Below are positions 22,937 to 30,885 of a DNA stretch of 64,000 nucleotides, piece after piece. A program made the translations under genes and the position numbers. Each line of letters begins with the position of its first letter. Positions within the stretch are counted from its first letter, which is position 1. The notes beneath the pieces are model-generated. The model saw only the letters and a list, made by a program, of their open reading frames with translations. It searched no databases and was not told the DNA's origin. The stretch comes from Obrimoposthia wandeli (taxonomy: Eukaryota): contig CDROCS010002813.1 in assembly GCA_977020255.1 (NCBI GenBank), forward strand, positions 1 to 64,000, read 5' to 3'.

Positions 22937-23587
22937 ATGGTTAAAAGAGTTACTGGTTCAGAATCAACAAGTTCAGGTTCTGGAATACCAGATGCACCTT
23001 CTGATGGAGAATCCTATGTCAGAAAAGATGGTGGGTGGACTAGTTTAAGTAATGAATCCTTAGCAATATTCTCTTTAGATCGTTCTTTGCTAGAGTTAGA
23101 TAGAACTATATCTCTATCTGGAACAACTGATCCAAAAATATCGGTAAATATGGTTGTTATTGATATAGCAAAAGTGGCTGGTTCTATTTTAATCGGCACA
23201 GCACTAGAGACAAATCTAGTTAATGGTAGTCTTAATGTTCTTGAGTCGATAAATTCAATCCAAACTGCTGCATTCTTAAGAACAAGATTTCAAGCTAGTG
23301 ATGTGGTTGTTATCGGAATTGGTATTGGTGACCCATTGTCCCTGCCAAGCCTAGCCGGGGAAATCTCACCAAGTGGAACTTTAGTTTCTAGATTTGTAGA
23401 TGCAGCAAGAGGAGAGGGAGCAACAAGAGAAGTTACATTTCAACTTCCATATTTTCCAGTTGGGAAAACTGATTCTTTCGCTGCAGAGGTTGGGGATGAA
23501 ATATTTTTAGTTGCTTGGACTGAAGAGTCTGATGATTCATCTGTGGTTTTTGATGATATAATTTTTACAGCTCGCGCTTTCAATTAA
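22937..23587 (+). CDS. Tail-associated/fibre-like protein
   Basis: Probable start 22937 (MVKRV). Contains PDAPSDG.SYVRKDGGW, a motif typical of phage fibre proteins. Confidence 0.65.
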   Translation: MVKRVTGSESTSSGSGIPDAPSDGESYVRKDGGWTSLSNESLAIFSLDRSLLELDRTISLSGTTDPKISVNMVVIDIAKVAGSILIGTALETNLVNGSLNVLESINSIQTAAFLRTRFQASDVVVIGIGIGDPLSLPSLAGEISPSGTLVSRFVDAARGEGATREVTFQLPYFPVGKTDSFAAEVGDEIFLVAWTEESDDSSVVFDDIIFTARAFN

Positions 23588-23609
23588 TAATTTTAGGAAG
23601 GAATAAATA

Positions 23610-24431
23610 ATGGCTTCAACAAGAGACTTTAAGGCTCCAGTTGTTTTCGCAGAAAATGCCGATACAGTAATACCTCCAACGCCAACTCAAGGTCAATCAT
23701 ACCGAGATGTAGCAAGTACAACTGAACAGTTGATACAAGATGGAATGAAATACAACACAATCGCTGATTCAGCGACTCTATTTAACCAATTTCAATATAT
23801 GTTAACTAAATTTGCTCAAGAGGTCGAGCAGACTGGTATTCTTGGCTGGTCAGACTTGGTGGATTACAAATTACATGCTAGATGCATAGGTAGTAATGGG
23901 GTTGAATATCGAGCAAAGGTAGCTAACGGGCCGAATGGAGGAGGAGTGGCAGATCCAATAAGCTCTAGTGTTGAATGGCAGGAGGTTAGACCGCAATTTG
24001 GGATTGATGAAACTGTATTTATTGCAGCAGATCGAACGCCGAACGAGCAGGGCTATCTTGGCACATGGGTTCAAATTGAAGCAGGCGCATCACTAGGAGC
24101 TGTAAATGCAGGCGACCCATTAATAGGAACTATTACTGGGGATAACGACCCAGACGTACCATTAAAGGAACACGCTCACATTGCTACATTTTCTGGTAAT
24201 GCTTTACCCCCCCACGGGCATGAATTAAATATTGACTGGATTGGAATCTCTGGCAGTAATAATCTTTCAGGGGGTGGCACTACATGGAATAAGACCAACA
24301 GGCCCACAACAACCGTTTCAGCAGGCACTCCAACTGGCTCAGTTTCAGTTCAAAATGCAGGTGACGCAGTAGGTACATTTAACGTTCAAGGTAAGGTACT
24401 TAATGGCGTTTGGTGGAAACGAACAGCATAA
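23610..24431 (+). CDS. Tail fibre with T4 gp10 C-terminal-like domain
   Basis: GTWVQI, HAH/HGH and C-terminal WWKRTA. Confidence 0.75.
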   Translation: MASTRDFKAPVVFAENADTVIPPTPTQGQSYRDVASTTEQLIQDGMKYNTIADSATLFNQFQYMLTKFAQEVEQTGILGWSDLVDYKLHARCIGSNGVEYRAKVANGPNGGGVADPISSSVEWQEVRPQFGIDETVFIAADRTPNEQGYLGTWVQIEAGASLGAVNAGDPLIGTITGDNDPDVPLKEHAHIATFSGNALPPHGHELNIDWIGISGSNNLSGGGTTWNKTNRPTTTVSAGTPTGSVSVQNAGDAVGTFNVQGKVLNGVWWKRTA

Positions 24432-24436
24432 ATAAA

Positions 24437-24472
24437 TTACTTCTCGCATTAAAGTTATGATGCGAGAAGTAA
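24437..24472. terminator. Hairpin between the convergent tail fibre and GT25 genes
   Basis: 13-bp perfect stem TTACTTCTCGCAT / ATGCGAGAAGTAA with a 10-nt loop. Confidence 0.75.
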
Positions 24473-24475
24473 ATT

Positions 24476-25135
24476 TCATTTTAGATACTTTTTTTTATTT
24501 TTCAGTCTGATAATTTTGTAATAAATATTTTTACTCTTTTTTGGAATGTTTTGTTGAGCTATTGATTTTAATAATTTTCTTGGCATTCTTGAAGAGATGA
24601 CAATATTAGAGCAAAAAGAATAAGTCCCACATAGTTTGTATTTAGTAAGCCATGTGTCAACTTGAATTGAAAACCCATTTTTATTTGCTCTATTCATAAG
24701 CATATCCGCAAAATAAGGTGTAATTCCGTAACTATACAATGGTAAAAACCCATTTTCTTTTTTAAAGGTAGAATCTATAGATTCACGACCACCAGTCTCA
24801 GAGAAAGATATAACGCCATATTTGATAATCTCAATATTAAGTTTATGTAAATTAGTCTTGTAGTGGATTAAAGCGTTATCTTCAATTATTAATGCAGGTT
24901 CTAATGATTTAGAAACCATTTCCCAAGCTAAATAATGCGCTTTCCATGCTGCAAACTGTCCAATCGAAAGTGGTCTTGATTGAAAAGATAGTTGCCTATT
25001 CTTGTAGGTATTATTTTCATTGATTAGATTATCTTGAGGGGGTGTAGTCATAAACTCGAAATCAATATCTTTAAGTTGATTTGATATACTTTCTCTCCTA
25101 TCTGCGTCCCCACTTGTTAGAACTATTATTCTCAT
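24476..25135 (-). CDS. Glycosyltransferase family 25 (LgtB/Lex2B-like LPS/LOS biosynthesis)
   Basis: DRRE...DFEF, LSIGQFAAWKAHYLAW (equivalent to GC..SH..W) and LIIEDN (EDD-like) motifs. Confidence 0.8.
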   Translation of the reverse strand: MRIIVLTSGDADRRESISNQLKDIDFEFMTTPPQDNLINENNTYKNRQLSFQSRPLSIGQFAAWKAHYLAWEMVSKSLEPALIIEDNALIHYKTNLHKLNIEIIKYGVISFSETGGRESIDSTFKKENGFLPLYSYGITPYFADMLMNRANKNGFSIQVDTWLTKYKLCGTYSFCSNIVISSRMPRKLLKSIAQQNIPKKSKNIYYKIIRLKNKKKYLK

Positions 25136-25385
25136 TAATATTACTCTCTTTTAATTGACTTTATTTATTTTCAAAATAAAACCTTACTTTAACTAATAAA
25201 CCCAATGATCACCCAAAAGCCAAACCCACGCAAGCGAATTACCCCACCTGTAAATTACACCCTATCAAAAGACTACCCCCTAACGAGATAATAATAAATA
25301 TCTATCATTATTATCTGAGTAAGATATACAAATCTAAAGCAAGATGATACCCTCAAAAAAAATAGCCCTTGCGCAATTTGCGCGT

Positions 25386-25415
25386 AAAGCCTTGCGTTAT
25401 CGCAGGGCTTTTTTT
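25386..25415 (+). terminator. Rho-independent terminator-like hairpin
   Basis: AAAGCCTTGCG-TTAT-CGCAGGGC followed by T7. Confidence 0.6.
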
Positions 25416-25469
25416 GTTTAATAACTTAGCTCAAGCCAAAAACAATACAGAAATAGATTAAAATATAAC

Positions 25470-25495
25470 CGCTCAAAAACGACCGTTTTTGAATA
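25470..25495. promoter_or_regulatory. Candidate res crossover site (hix/gix-like)
   Basis: CGCTCAAAAACG-AC-CGTTTTTGAATA: two 12-bp half-sites matching TCnnAAAC/GTTTnnGA around a 2-bp core, upstream of the serine recombinase. Confidence 0.65.
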
Positions 25496-25606
25496 CAAAA
25501 TGATACTATCATAAATATATCCAAAACTGCAATCAAAAACCCCCTTTATATTAAAGAACGCATGATATATAATGAACACCCCATTTTGAACACGCAAGGT
25601 GTTACA

Positions 25607-26170
25607 ATGTCACGTATTTTTGGATACGGTAGAGTATCTACCACAGAACAAACTCTAGAGCAACAATTAACAGTTATTAGAAACAACGGGTATGACGTTA
25701 CGGATGGGCGTTTCATAACTGATGAAATAAGCGGTAGCGTGTGCGCAATGAATCGAACCAACTTCAAAAATCTAATTGAGAATAAAATAGAAAAGGGTGA
25801 TTCCCTTATCATTCATAAATTAGATCGTTTAGGTCGGGATAATATAGATATTCAAAAAACGATATCAATGCTGTCTAGTATGGGGGTGAATGTTTTTATA
25901 TTGGATTTGCCAGTTTCAGACCTTAGTACGTCAGAGGGGAAATTGATGCTCCAGATGTTTGCTACATTTGCAGAATTTGAAAGGAATCGTATATCAGAGA
26001 GAACTAAAGAGGCGTTAGCTCAAAAGAAGAAAGATGGTGTAAAGCTTGGTAGGCCAAAATTAGATTTATATGAAAAAGTTCAATCATTAAAGAGTGAAGG
26101 CAAAAGCCAAAGTATGATCTCAACGTCATTAGACGTTAGCATATCAACAGTTCGTCGTAACTGGAATTAA
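25607..26170 (+). CDS. Serine recombinase (resolvase/invertase family)
   Basis: GYGRVST (catalytic Ser), KLDRLGR, FAEFERNRISERT, GRPK and a C-terminal HTH. Likely start 25607. Confidence 0.93.
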   Translation: MSRIFGYGRVSTTEQTLEQQLTVIRNNGYDVTDGRFITDEISGSVCAMNRTNFKNLIENKIEKGDSLIIHKLDRLGRDNIDIQKTISMLSSMGVNVFILDLPVSDLSTSEGKLMLQMFATFAEFERNRISERTKEALAQKKKDGVKLGRPKLDLYEKVQSLKSEGKSQSMISTSLDVSISTVRRNWN

Positions 26171-26179
26171 GGTTGAAAA

Positions 26180-26446
26180 ATGGAAAAAGTATATATAGAG
26201 AAATTTACTAGTAGAAAGTGGAGCTTAACATCGCCATCTATAGCATCAAGGCTTTTATATAGATTAACCGGGGGCGCTCATGGTGAAGAGCAATCGATTA
26301 AGCTAGATGAAGATAAAATGGCTAGATATTCTACTGGCAAGCCACAACAACCACTTGTAAATAAGTTCCCAATGACTGATGCACTTCCAGTGCACATTAA
26401 TTGCCGTTGTTATTCATTCCTAGTTAACCGTTACGATAATGAGTAA
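26180..26446 (+). CDS. Hypothetical protein with an HINCRC motif
   Basis: 88-aa ORF; AAGG Shine-Dalgarno. Confidence 0.55.
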   Translation: MEKVYIEKFTSRKWSLTSPSIASRLLYRLTGGAHGEEQSIKLDEDKMARYSTGKPQQPLVNKFPMTDALPVHINCRCYSFLVNRYDNE

Positions 26447-26650
26447 TTTGATTTATTAAAATATTAAATTTATTGACCGACATCTTACCTTCAATGATAT
26501 TAGTATCATTATTTTTGATTAATTATGTAAAAGTCTTTATTATTAAATACTTAGATCCCCCCCCCACTTACAGGTAGACTTTAACTGCTATCTGTAAGTT
26601 TTATCTATACTTAAAGGGAATAATCATCATGAAGATTATAGAGGCTTATT

Positions 26651-26866
26651 ATGAATAACGGGATGAAATCAATCGCTATGTGGTTTTTTGCAATGATTAG
26701 CAGTATTGAAGCAAGTGGAGTTATCCAGTTTATCTCTGGGATTATTGGCATCGTTGCTGGTATTTCTGCTTGTAGATATTATATGGAGGCTAAAAAATCT
26801 ACAAAAATTGAAAGATTAATTAACGAGGAAAAATTAAAGAAATTAAATAAACAGTATGAGGTTTAA
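26651..26866 (+). CDS. Putative holin
   Basis: Hydrophobic N-terminal half and basic C-tail; directly before the endolysin. Confidence 0.65.
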   Translation: MNNGMKSIAMWFFAMISSIEASGVIQFISGIIGIVAGISACRYYMEAKKSTKIERLINEEKLKKLNKQYEV

Positions 26867-26871
26867 ATAAA

Positions 26872-27399
26872 ATGAAAAAGTTATTATCAAAAACAGCATG
26901 CTCTGTTGCGATTGTTCTCGGTATTGTTTTTGGTCAAGATCATGGATTAAGTACCAGTGTTAATGGGCTAGAGCATATTGCAAACCTTGAAGGGTGCAGA
27001 AATAATACCTATCAATGTAGTGCGGGAACATGGACTAATGGAATTGGTCATACATCTGGTGTAAATAATGGTGATGTAGTTAACAATAATCAAATTGCTG
27101 ATAATTTCATTTATGATGTTTCACATGCAGAAAGAGTTGTTAATAAGTATCTAGACGTCAAAGTTACACAGTCACAATTTGATATTATGGTTTCATTTGT
27201 ATTTAATCTCGGCCAAGGAAATTTTCAACACTCAACTATGTTAAAGAAGTTCAATGCTAACGATTCAATTGCTGCATGTAATGAATTAATGAGGTGGGTC
27301 TATGTTAATGGTAATAATTGTAATGAAAAATCAAGCAATTGCCTTGGGATAGTTAAGCGGAGAATGATCGAAAAAAACGCTTGCTTGAATGGATGGTAA
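26872..27399 (+). CDS. SAR endolysin, GH24 lysozyme (P1 Lyz-like)
   Basis: N-terminal signal-anchor; E40-X8-C49-X5-T55 triad; FNLG.G.F..ST.LKK and RR..E motifs. Confidence 0.92.
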   Translation: MKKLLSKTACSVAIVLGIVFGQDHGLSTSVNGLEHIANLEGCRNNTYQCSAGTWTNGIGHTSGVNNGDVVNNNQIADNFIYDVSHAERVVNKYLDVKVTQSQFDIMVSFVFNLGQGNFQHSTMLKKFNANDSIAACNELMRWVYVNGNNCNEKSSNCLGIVKRRMIEKNACLNGW

Positions 27400-27757
27400 A
27401 CAAATGGGCATAAATAAAATAATACTTACCACTTTGATTACAATGATTACCATTAGTATAGTTTTTAACTACTTTTTGTATTCAGAAGTGGTAAATAAAT
27501 CTGAAGAGCTGGTAAAGTCAAAGCAGGTTGAAGAACTGGCAATTGATAAAAATAAAAACCTAAGTGAGATCATTGAATCAATGAATAGTGATCGCAAAGA
27601 GAATCAAGTGATAACCGATAATCTTCATAGTGAGATTGATAGACTAAATAAAAAATCTCAAAAAGTCAGAACAGTGATCAAGGATAAAATTATAAATGAA
27701 CCGTGTTATAACGTCGTTATTCCTTATTCTGATAATCTCGGGATGCACTACAACTAA
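27389..27757 (+). CDS. Inner-membrane spanin (Rz-like)
   Basis: N-terminal transmembrane segment, coiled coil and C-terminal PC. Start may be 27404. Confidence 0.75.
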   Translation: MDGKQMGINKIILTTLITMITISIVFNYFLYSEVVNKSEELVKSKQVEELAIDKNKNLSEIIESMNSDRKENQVITDNLHSEIDRLNKKSQKVRTVIKDKIINEPCYNVVIPYSDNLGMHYN

Positions 27758-27959
27758 AACAATAATCGAATATAGAGAGGTTCGTGTAAAGCCACCAGAA
27801 GCACTTTTGACTGTATGTATAAAGCCATTCAATAAAAGACCTGAAACATATGGAGAAGCTGCAGAGAGAGATGAGGTTTGGAATAATCATTTCAATCAAT
27901 GTGCAAATAAAGTAAATGCAATTCGGGAATTTTTTTATAAAAAGTCAAAAACACAATAA
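27696..27959 (+). CDS. Outer-membrane lipoprotein spanin (Rz1-like)
   Basis: Signal peptide with lipobox ISGC; overlaps the Rz-like 3' end. Confidence 0.8.
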   Translation: MNRVITSLFLILIISGCTTTKTIIEYREVRVKPPEALLTVCIKPFNKRPETYGEAAERDEVWNNHFNQCANKVNAIREFFYKKSKTQ

Positions 27960-28014
27960 TTATTTATGTATAATAAAAGTATGATTTAATGTTCCTTAAT
28001 ATGCAGAGGGATTT

Positions 28015-28281
28015 ATGAAAGCATTCTTGAAAGCAAATGGTGGTATGGTCACATTAATGACAACAATCATTGGTGTTGGTTTTTGGATTACTAGCAGCAT
28101 GGCAGATCTTCAAGTTGAACAAGCGGAGAAATTCCAAATTCAACAAGAAAAAACCGATGCTAAATTTCAAGCTCAGTCAGAAAAATTTTATTCTATGCTA
28201 GAAAAAATAAATACAGTAGATAAAAGCTCAATGAACAGAGATAATAAAATTGAGATAACACTCGCCAAACTAGACAAATAA
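28015..28281 (+). CDS. Hypothetical single-pass membrane protein with coiled coil
   Basis: GAGGG Shine-Dalgarno; transmembrane segment at about residues 10-26. Confidence 0.7.
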   Translation: MKAFLKANGGMVTLMTTIIGVGFWITSSMADLQVEQAEKFQIQQEKTDAKFQAQSEKFYSMLEKINTVDKSSMNRDNKIEITLAKLDK

Positions 28282-28309
28282 AAAAAAGGAGCTTATAGGC
28301 TCCTTTTTT
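28282..28309. terminator. Bidirectional terminator
   Basis: A-run, GGAGC-TTATAG-GCTCC, T-run between convergent operons. Confidence 0.85.
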
Positions 28310-28340
28310 ATTGATTAATATTCTCATTTTACCGTTGGTG

Positions 28341-28613
28341 TTATCGGTTTCTAACATCATCAAAAACATGAAAAACTACTGATCCATTACCCAGCTGATA
28401 AGTCCCTATGTATTTTCCAACATTGCCAATGTCAGATCCAGTTCCATGAATTGATATAATTCTAATTTCTTTTTCAGCATCAATATCAACTTTAGCCCAA
28501 AGACATAAGTAACCATTTTGCATTTGAACAGTTAGCAACTCCGCATTTTTTGGGATTTCAATTTCTTGGTCATCTTCATGTTGAAGGATGTACTTCCAGA
28601 TTTGTTTCATCAA
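28341..28613 (-). CDS. Small phage protein (DUF7352-like)
   Basis: IWKY.L...LWA.VD...GTG....YIGT...VFHVF pattern. Confidence 0.7.
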   Translation of the reverse strand: MMKQIWKYILQHEDDQEIEIPKNAELLTVQMQNGYLCLWAKVDIDAEKEIRIISIHGTGSDIGNVGKYIGTYQLGNGSVVFHVFDDVRNR

Positions 28614-28838
28614 TTACTTCTTAGTCGCAGTATTTTTAAAATGGTCATTCATTTGTTTTGCTATTGTGGCGTAAGGCTCACCAACTCCAAAAACAACTGA
28701 ATCTTCACACATAGAATCAAGATTTATGGTAAATCCATTATATTTAATTTCCTTAATATTGGGTTTATCCTCTTCGCCAATTGACTTTAGAATTAAATTA
28801 AACGCTCTTTTTCCTGCATAAAATCCGTCTATATTCAT
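28614..28838 (-). CDS. Hypothetical protein
   Basis: Tight packing in the minus-strand operon. Confidence 0.65.
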   Translation of the reverse strand: MNIDGFYAGKRAFNLILKSIGEEDKPNIKEIKYNGFTINLDSMCEDSVVFGVGEPYATIAKQMNDHFKNTATKK

Positions 28839-28839
28839 T

Positions 28840-29433
28840 TTATGATCCTAATGGTTTTATTACGATCTTATATTCTGCTTTTGCTGGCACTGATGATGCA
28901 GACATAGGAGAAGAGCCTCTAGGTAAATGACTATAATCAGCAACGGCATACCCTACCTCTTCATAAGTAACTTCTAGCATATCCAAAAGATTGGTTATTA
29001 ATTTTCTTGTTTTAGGATCATTGACTACATACTCACCATCAATAAAAACATTATTAGCACCAACAAAGGAACCGCCGTATTTAGATGGTGCTGTATGGGT
29101 ATAATCATTGCTATGAGATGGACACGGAACATTTATATTTAATGAATGGTGATGGGGACGAAAGAAAAATTCAGCATCTTTATAACAATAAACAACTGAT
29201 AATTTATCTCCATCATCACACATCACACCACCTGATGATTTATGAATAAAAAATTCTCTAGCTTCATTTAAACTTGTAACTTTATGTCGATGCACTGGCT
29301 TATTTCTAATATCTTTGTTTGGAATTACTGGGTCTTTAAATCTTTCAGCATCAGAGTAAGGAGGCAATTCATTAACTGTTAACTTCTCTGTATCCCCAGT
29401 GCTTGTAACGTATCCTGTTGGTGTTCTTTTCAT
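28840..29433 (-). CDS. Hypothetical protein
   Basis: AAGGA Shine-Dalgarno; operon packing. Confidence 0.7.
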   Translation of the reverse strand: MKRTPTGYVTSTGDTEKLTVNELPPYSDAERFKDPVIPNKDIRNKPVHRHKVTSLNEAREFFIHKSSGGVMCDDGDKLSVVYCYKDAEFFFRPHHHSLNINVPCPSHSNDYTHTAPSKYGGSFVGANNVFIDGEYVVNDPKTRKLITNLLDMLEVTYEEVGYAVADYSHLPRGSSPMSASSVPAKAEYKIVIKPLGS

Positions 29434-29451
29434 GATTAGTATCCTTATTAA

Positions 29452-29784
29452 TTATTGATTTATATACGTCATAATAATTTCCAAACTAGAACCATAAACA
29501 GAATAACTTCCAATTGAACTATCTGGATACCATTGAATCAACCATAAATTATTATCCGAGATACACTTATCCATATCATCCTGATTAACAAAATCATCAA
29601 CATCTAAATCAAGATCTTCAATGCGGTCTTTTACTGTTCTATGGCTACCAATATGAGCGTTATGTTCAATATAAAGACCGAACTTATGGCTTGGTAAATC
29701 ATCTTGAAATTTATTATATTCATATTTCGTTTTACTCATTTTATGTATGCATAGCCCTAAACCCTTTTCATCTTCATTATTCAT
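29452..29784 (-). CDS. Hypothetical phage protein
   Basis: LWLIQWYPDSSIG motif; operon packing. Confidence 0.7.
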   Translation of the reverse strand: MNNEDEKGLGLCIHKMSKTKYEYNKFQDDLPSHKFGLYIEHNAHIGSHRTVKDRIEDLDLDVDDFVNQDDMDKCISDNNLWLIQWYPDSSIGSYSVYGSSLEIIMTYINQ

Positions 29785-29813
29785 GTCTATTTGTCCATTA
29801 ATTCATCTGTTGA

Positions 29814-30296
29814 TTAAATGTGAGTAATTACTGTAAATCGTTTCTGTGTCGAAAGAATGCCTATTACATCTTTATGCATGAGACATAACTCTCGTTTAGC
29901 CATGTTATAAGCCCCTAAACCACCGTATTTAGTGGCGCTGAAGGTTCTTTGTTCCCATCCTATTACTTCACCATTTTTATTAAACTTGGTCTTTCTTGCT
30001 TCGTAAAATGTAACGCCGCATTCACTTATCTTTTTCATTGGTTCTAATGAATGAGGGAGCCGAGTAAATAAATATTTATCATTTAAAATTCGATCCCAAT
30101 CTTTACCCCAATAAAATTTCCCAATTGCATTTCTTAATTTTTTGGTTTTTATTAATGCTTTTTTTTCTCCGAGTCTAACGAATCCAACAGAACGGTGCGC
30201 TTTGGTATCATCAGGAAGTGGAACAGTAACAGCAAAGCATGTTCTTTTTTTTGAGATAAATCGTTCTCCAGTATTTGAATCTAAATTACTAATCAT
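29814..30296 (-). CDS. Putative AP2-domain DNA-binding protein
   Basis: RTFSATKYGGLGAYNMA and RSVGFVRLGEKKAL AP2-like segments. GAGG Shine-Dalgarno before ATG 30296. Confidence 0.5.
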   Translation of the reverse strand: MISNLDSNTGERFISKKRTCFAVTVPLPDDTKAHRSVGFVRLGEKKALIKTKKLRNAIGKFYWGKDWDRILNDKYLFTRLPHSLEPMKKISECGVTFYEARKTKFNKNGEVIGWEQRTFSATKYGGLGAYNMAKRELCLMHKDVIGILSTQKRFTVITHI

Positions 30297-30588
30297 TATT
30301 ATTCGCCTCACTTCCATTAACTTCATTATTGATGATAGAGATAATGGCATTATATCCAAGCTCCGTTAAAGCCCATGAAATCCGACCTGAACGACTTCTA
30401 CCGTTTGCTAATAGGTTATTATCAACCAACCTAAAACAAGAGCGACTAAGCACCTCTTGCCTCACCTCGCACACCCTAGATTCATTAACCTTAGCCATTA
30501 GCTTCTTATGCGTTATAGACTTATCACCATCTATAAAAAAGTAAACCATGCTTTTCAATGTTGTTCGTTGCAATTCAGATAATCTCAT
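30289..30588 (-). CDS. Putative winged-helix DNA-binding protein
   Basis: LSRSCFRLVDNNLL...WALTELG pattern. GGGGGAG Shine-Dalgarno before ATG 30588. Confidence 0.55.
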   Translation of the reverse strand: MRLSELQRTTLKSMVYFFIDGDKSITHKKLMAKVNESRVCEVRQEVLSRSCFRLVDNNLLANGRSRSGRISWALTELGYNAIISIINNEVNGSEANNND

Positions 30589-30625
30589 TCGCTCCCCCTT
30601 AAAGTCATAGTGTGACAATAAATAA

Positions 30626-30664
30626 AAAAGAGCTTAAAGTCAACTTGTGACTTTAAGCTCTTTT
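30626..30664 (-). terminator. 17-bp perfect hairpin, intra-operon terminator
   Basis: AAAAGAGCTTAAAGTCA / TGACTTTAAGCTCTTTT with a 5-nt loop; U-rich tail on the minus strand. Confidence 0.75.
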
Positions 30665-30689
30665 AAGTTAATCTAGTTTACCGTTAGGA

Positions 30690-30878
30690 TTAACCGTTTT
30701 TAAGTTCATTAATATTGATAGTTTGAATTTCAATACCTGTGATTTTTGATACTTCTTCTAAATCACTAATACTAACCGTTAATGATACATACTCATCATC
30801 AATCATAGAGTTAATGAATAGTTGGGCTATATTGCCGCTTTTGCCACCTTGAGTAGTTTCAAATTCATATCTCGTCAT
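30690..30878 (-). CDS. Hypothetical protein
   Basis: AGGA Shine-Dalgarno before ATG 30878 (MTRYEF). Confidence 0.6.
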   Translation of the reverse strand: MTRYEFETTQGGKSGNIAQLFINSMIDDEYVSLTVSISDLEEVSKITGIEIQTININELKNG

Positions 30879-30885
30879 TTTATTC

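Noticed and set aside
9044-23199. Nested or antisense ORFs in the track (e.g. 9044, 9799, 10397, 14138, 14928, 16782, 21049, 23014)
   Set aside because: They are shadows of strong structural genes, lack RBS, and have Leu/Ile/Ser-rich off-frame composition.
23610-26170. Gin/Cin-type tail-fibre inversion or a DGR
   Set aside because: No second recombination site, no alternative fibre segment, no reverse transcriptase and no template repeat found.
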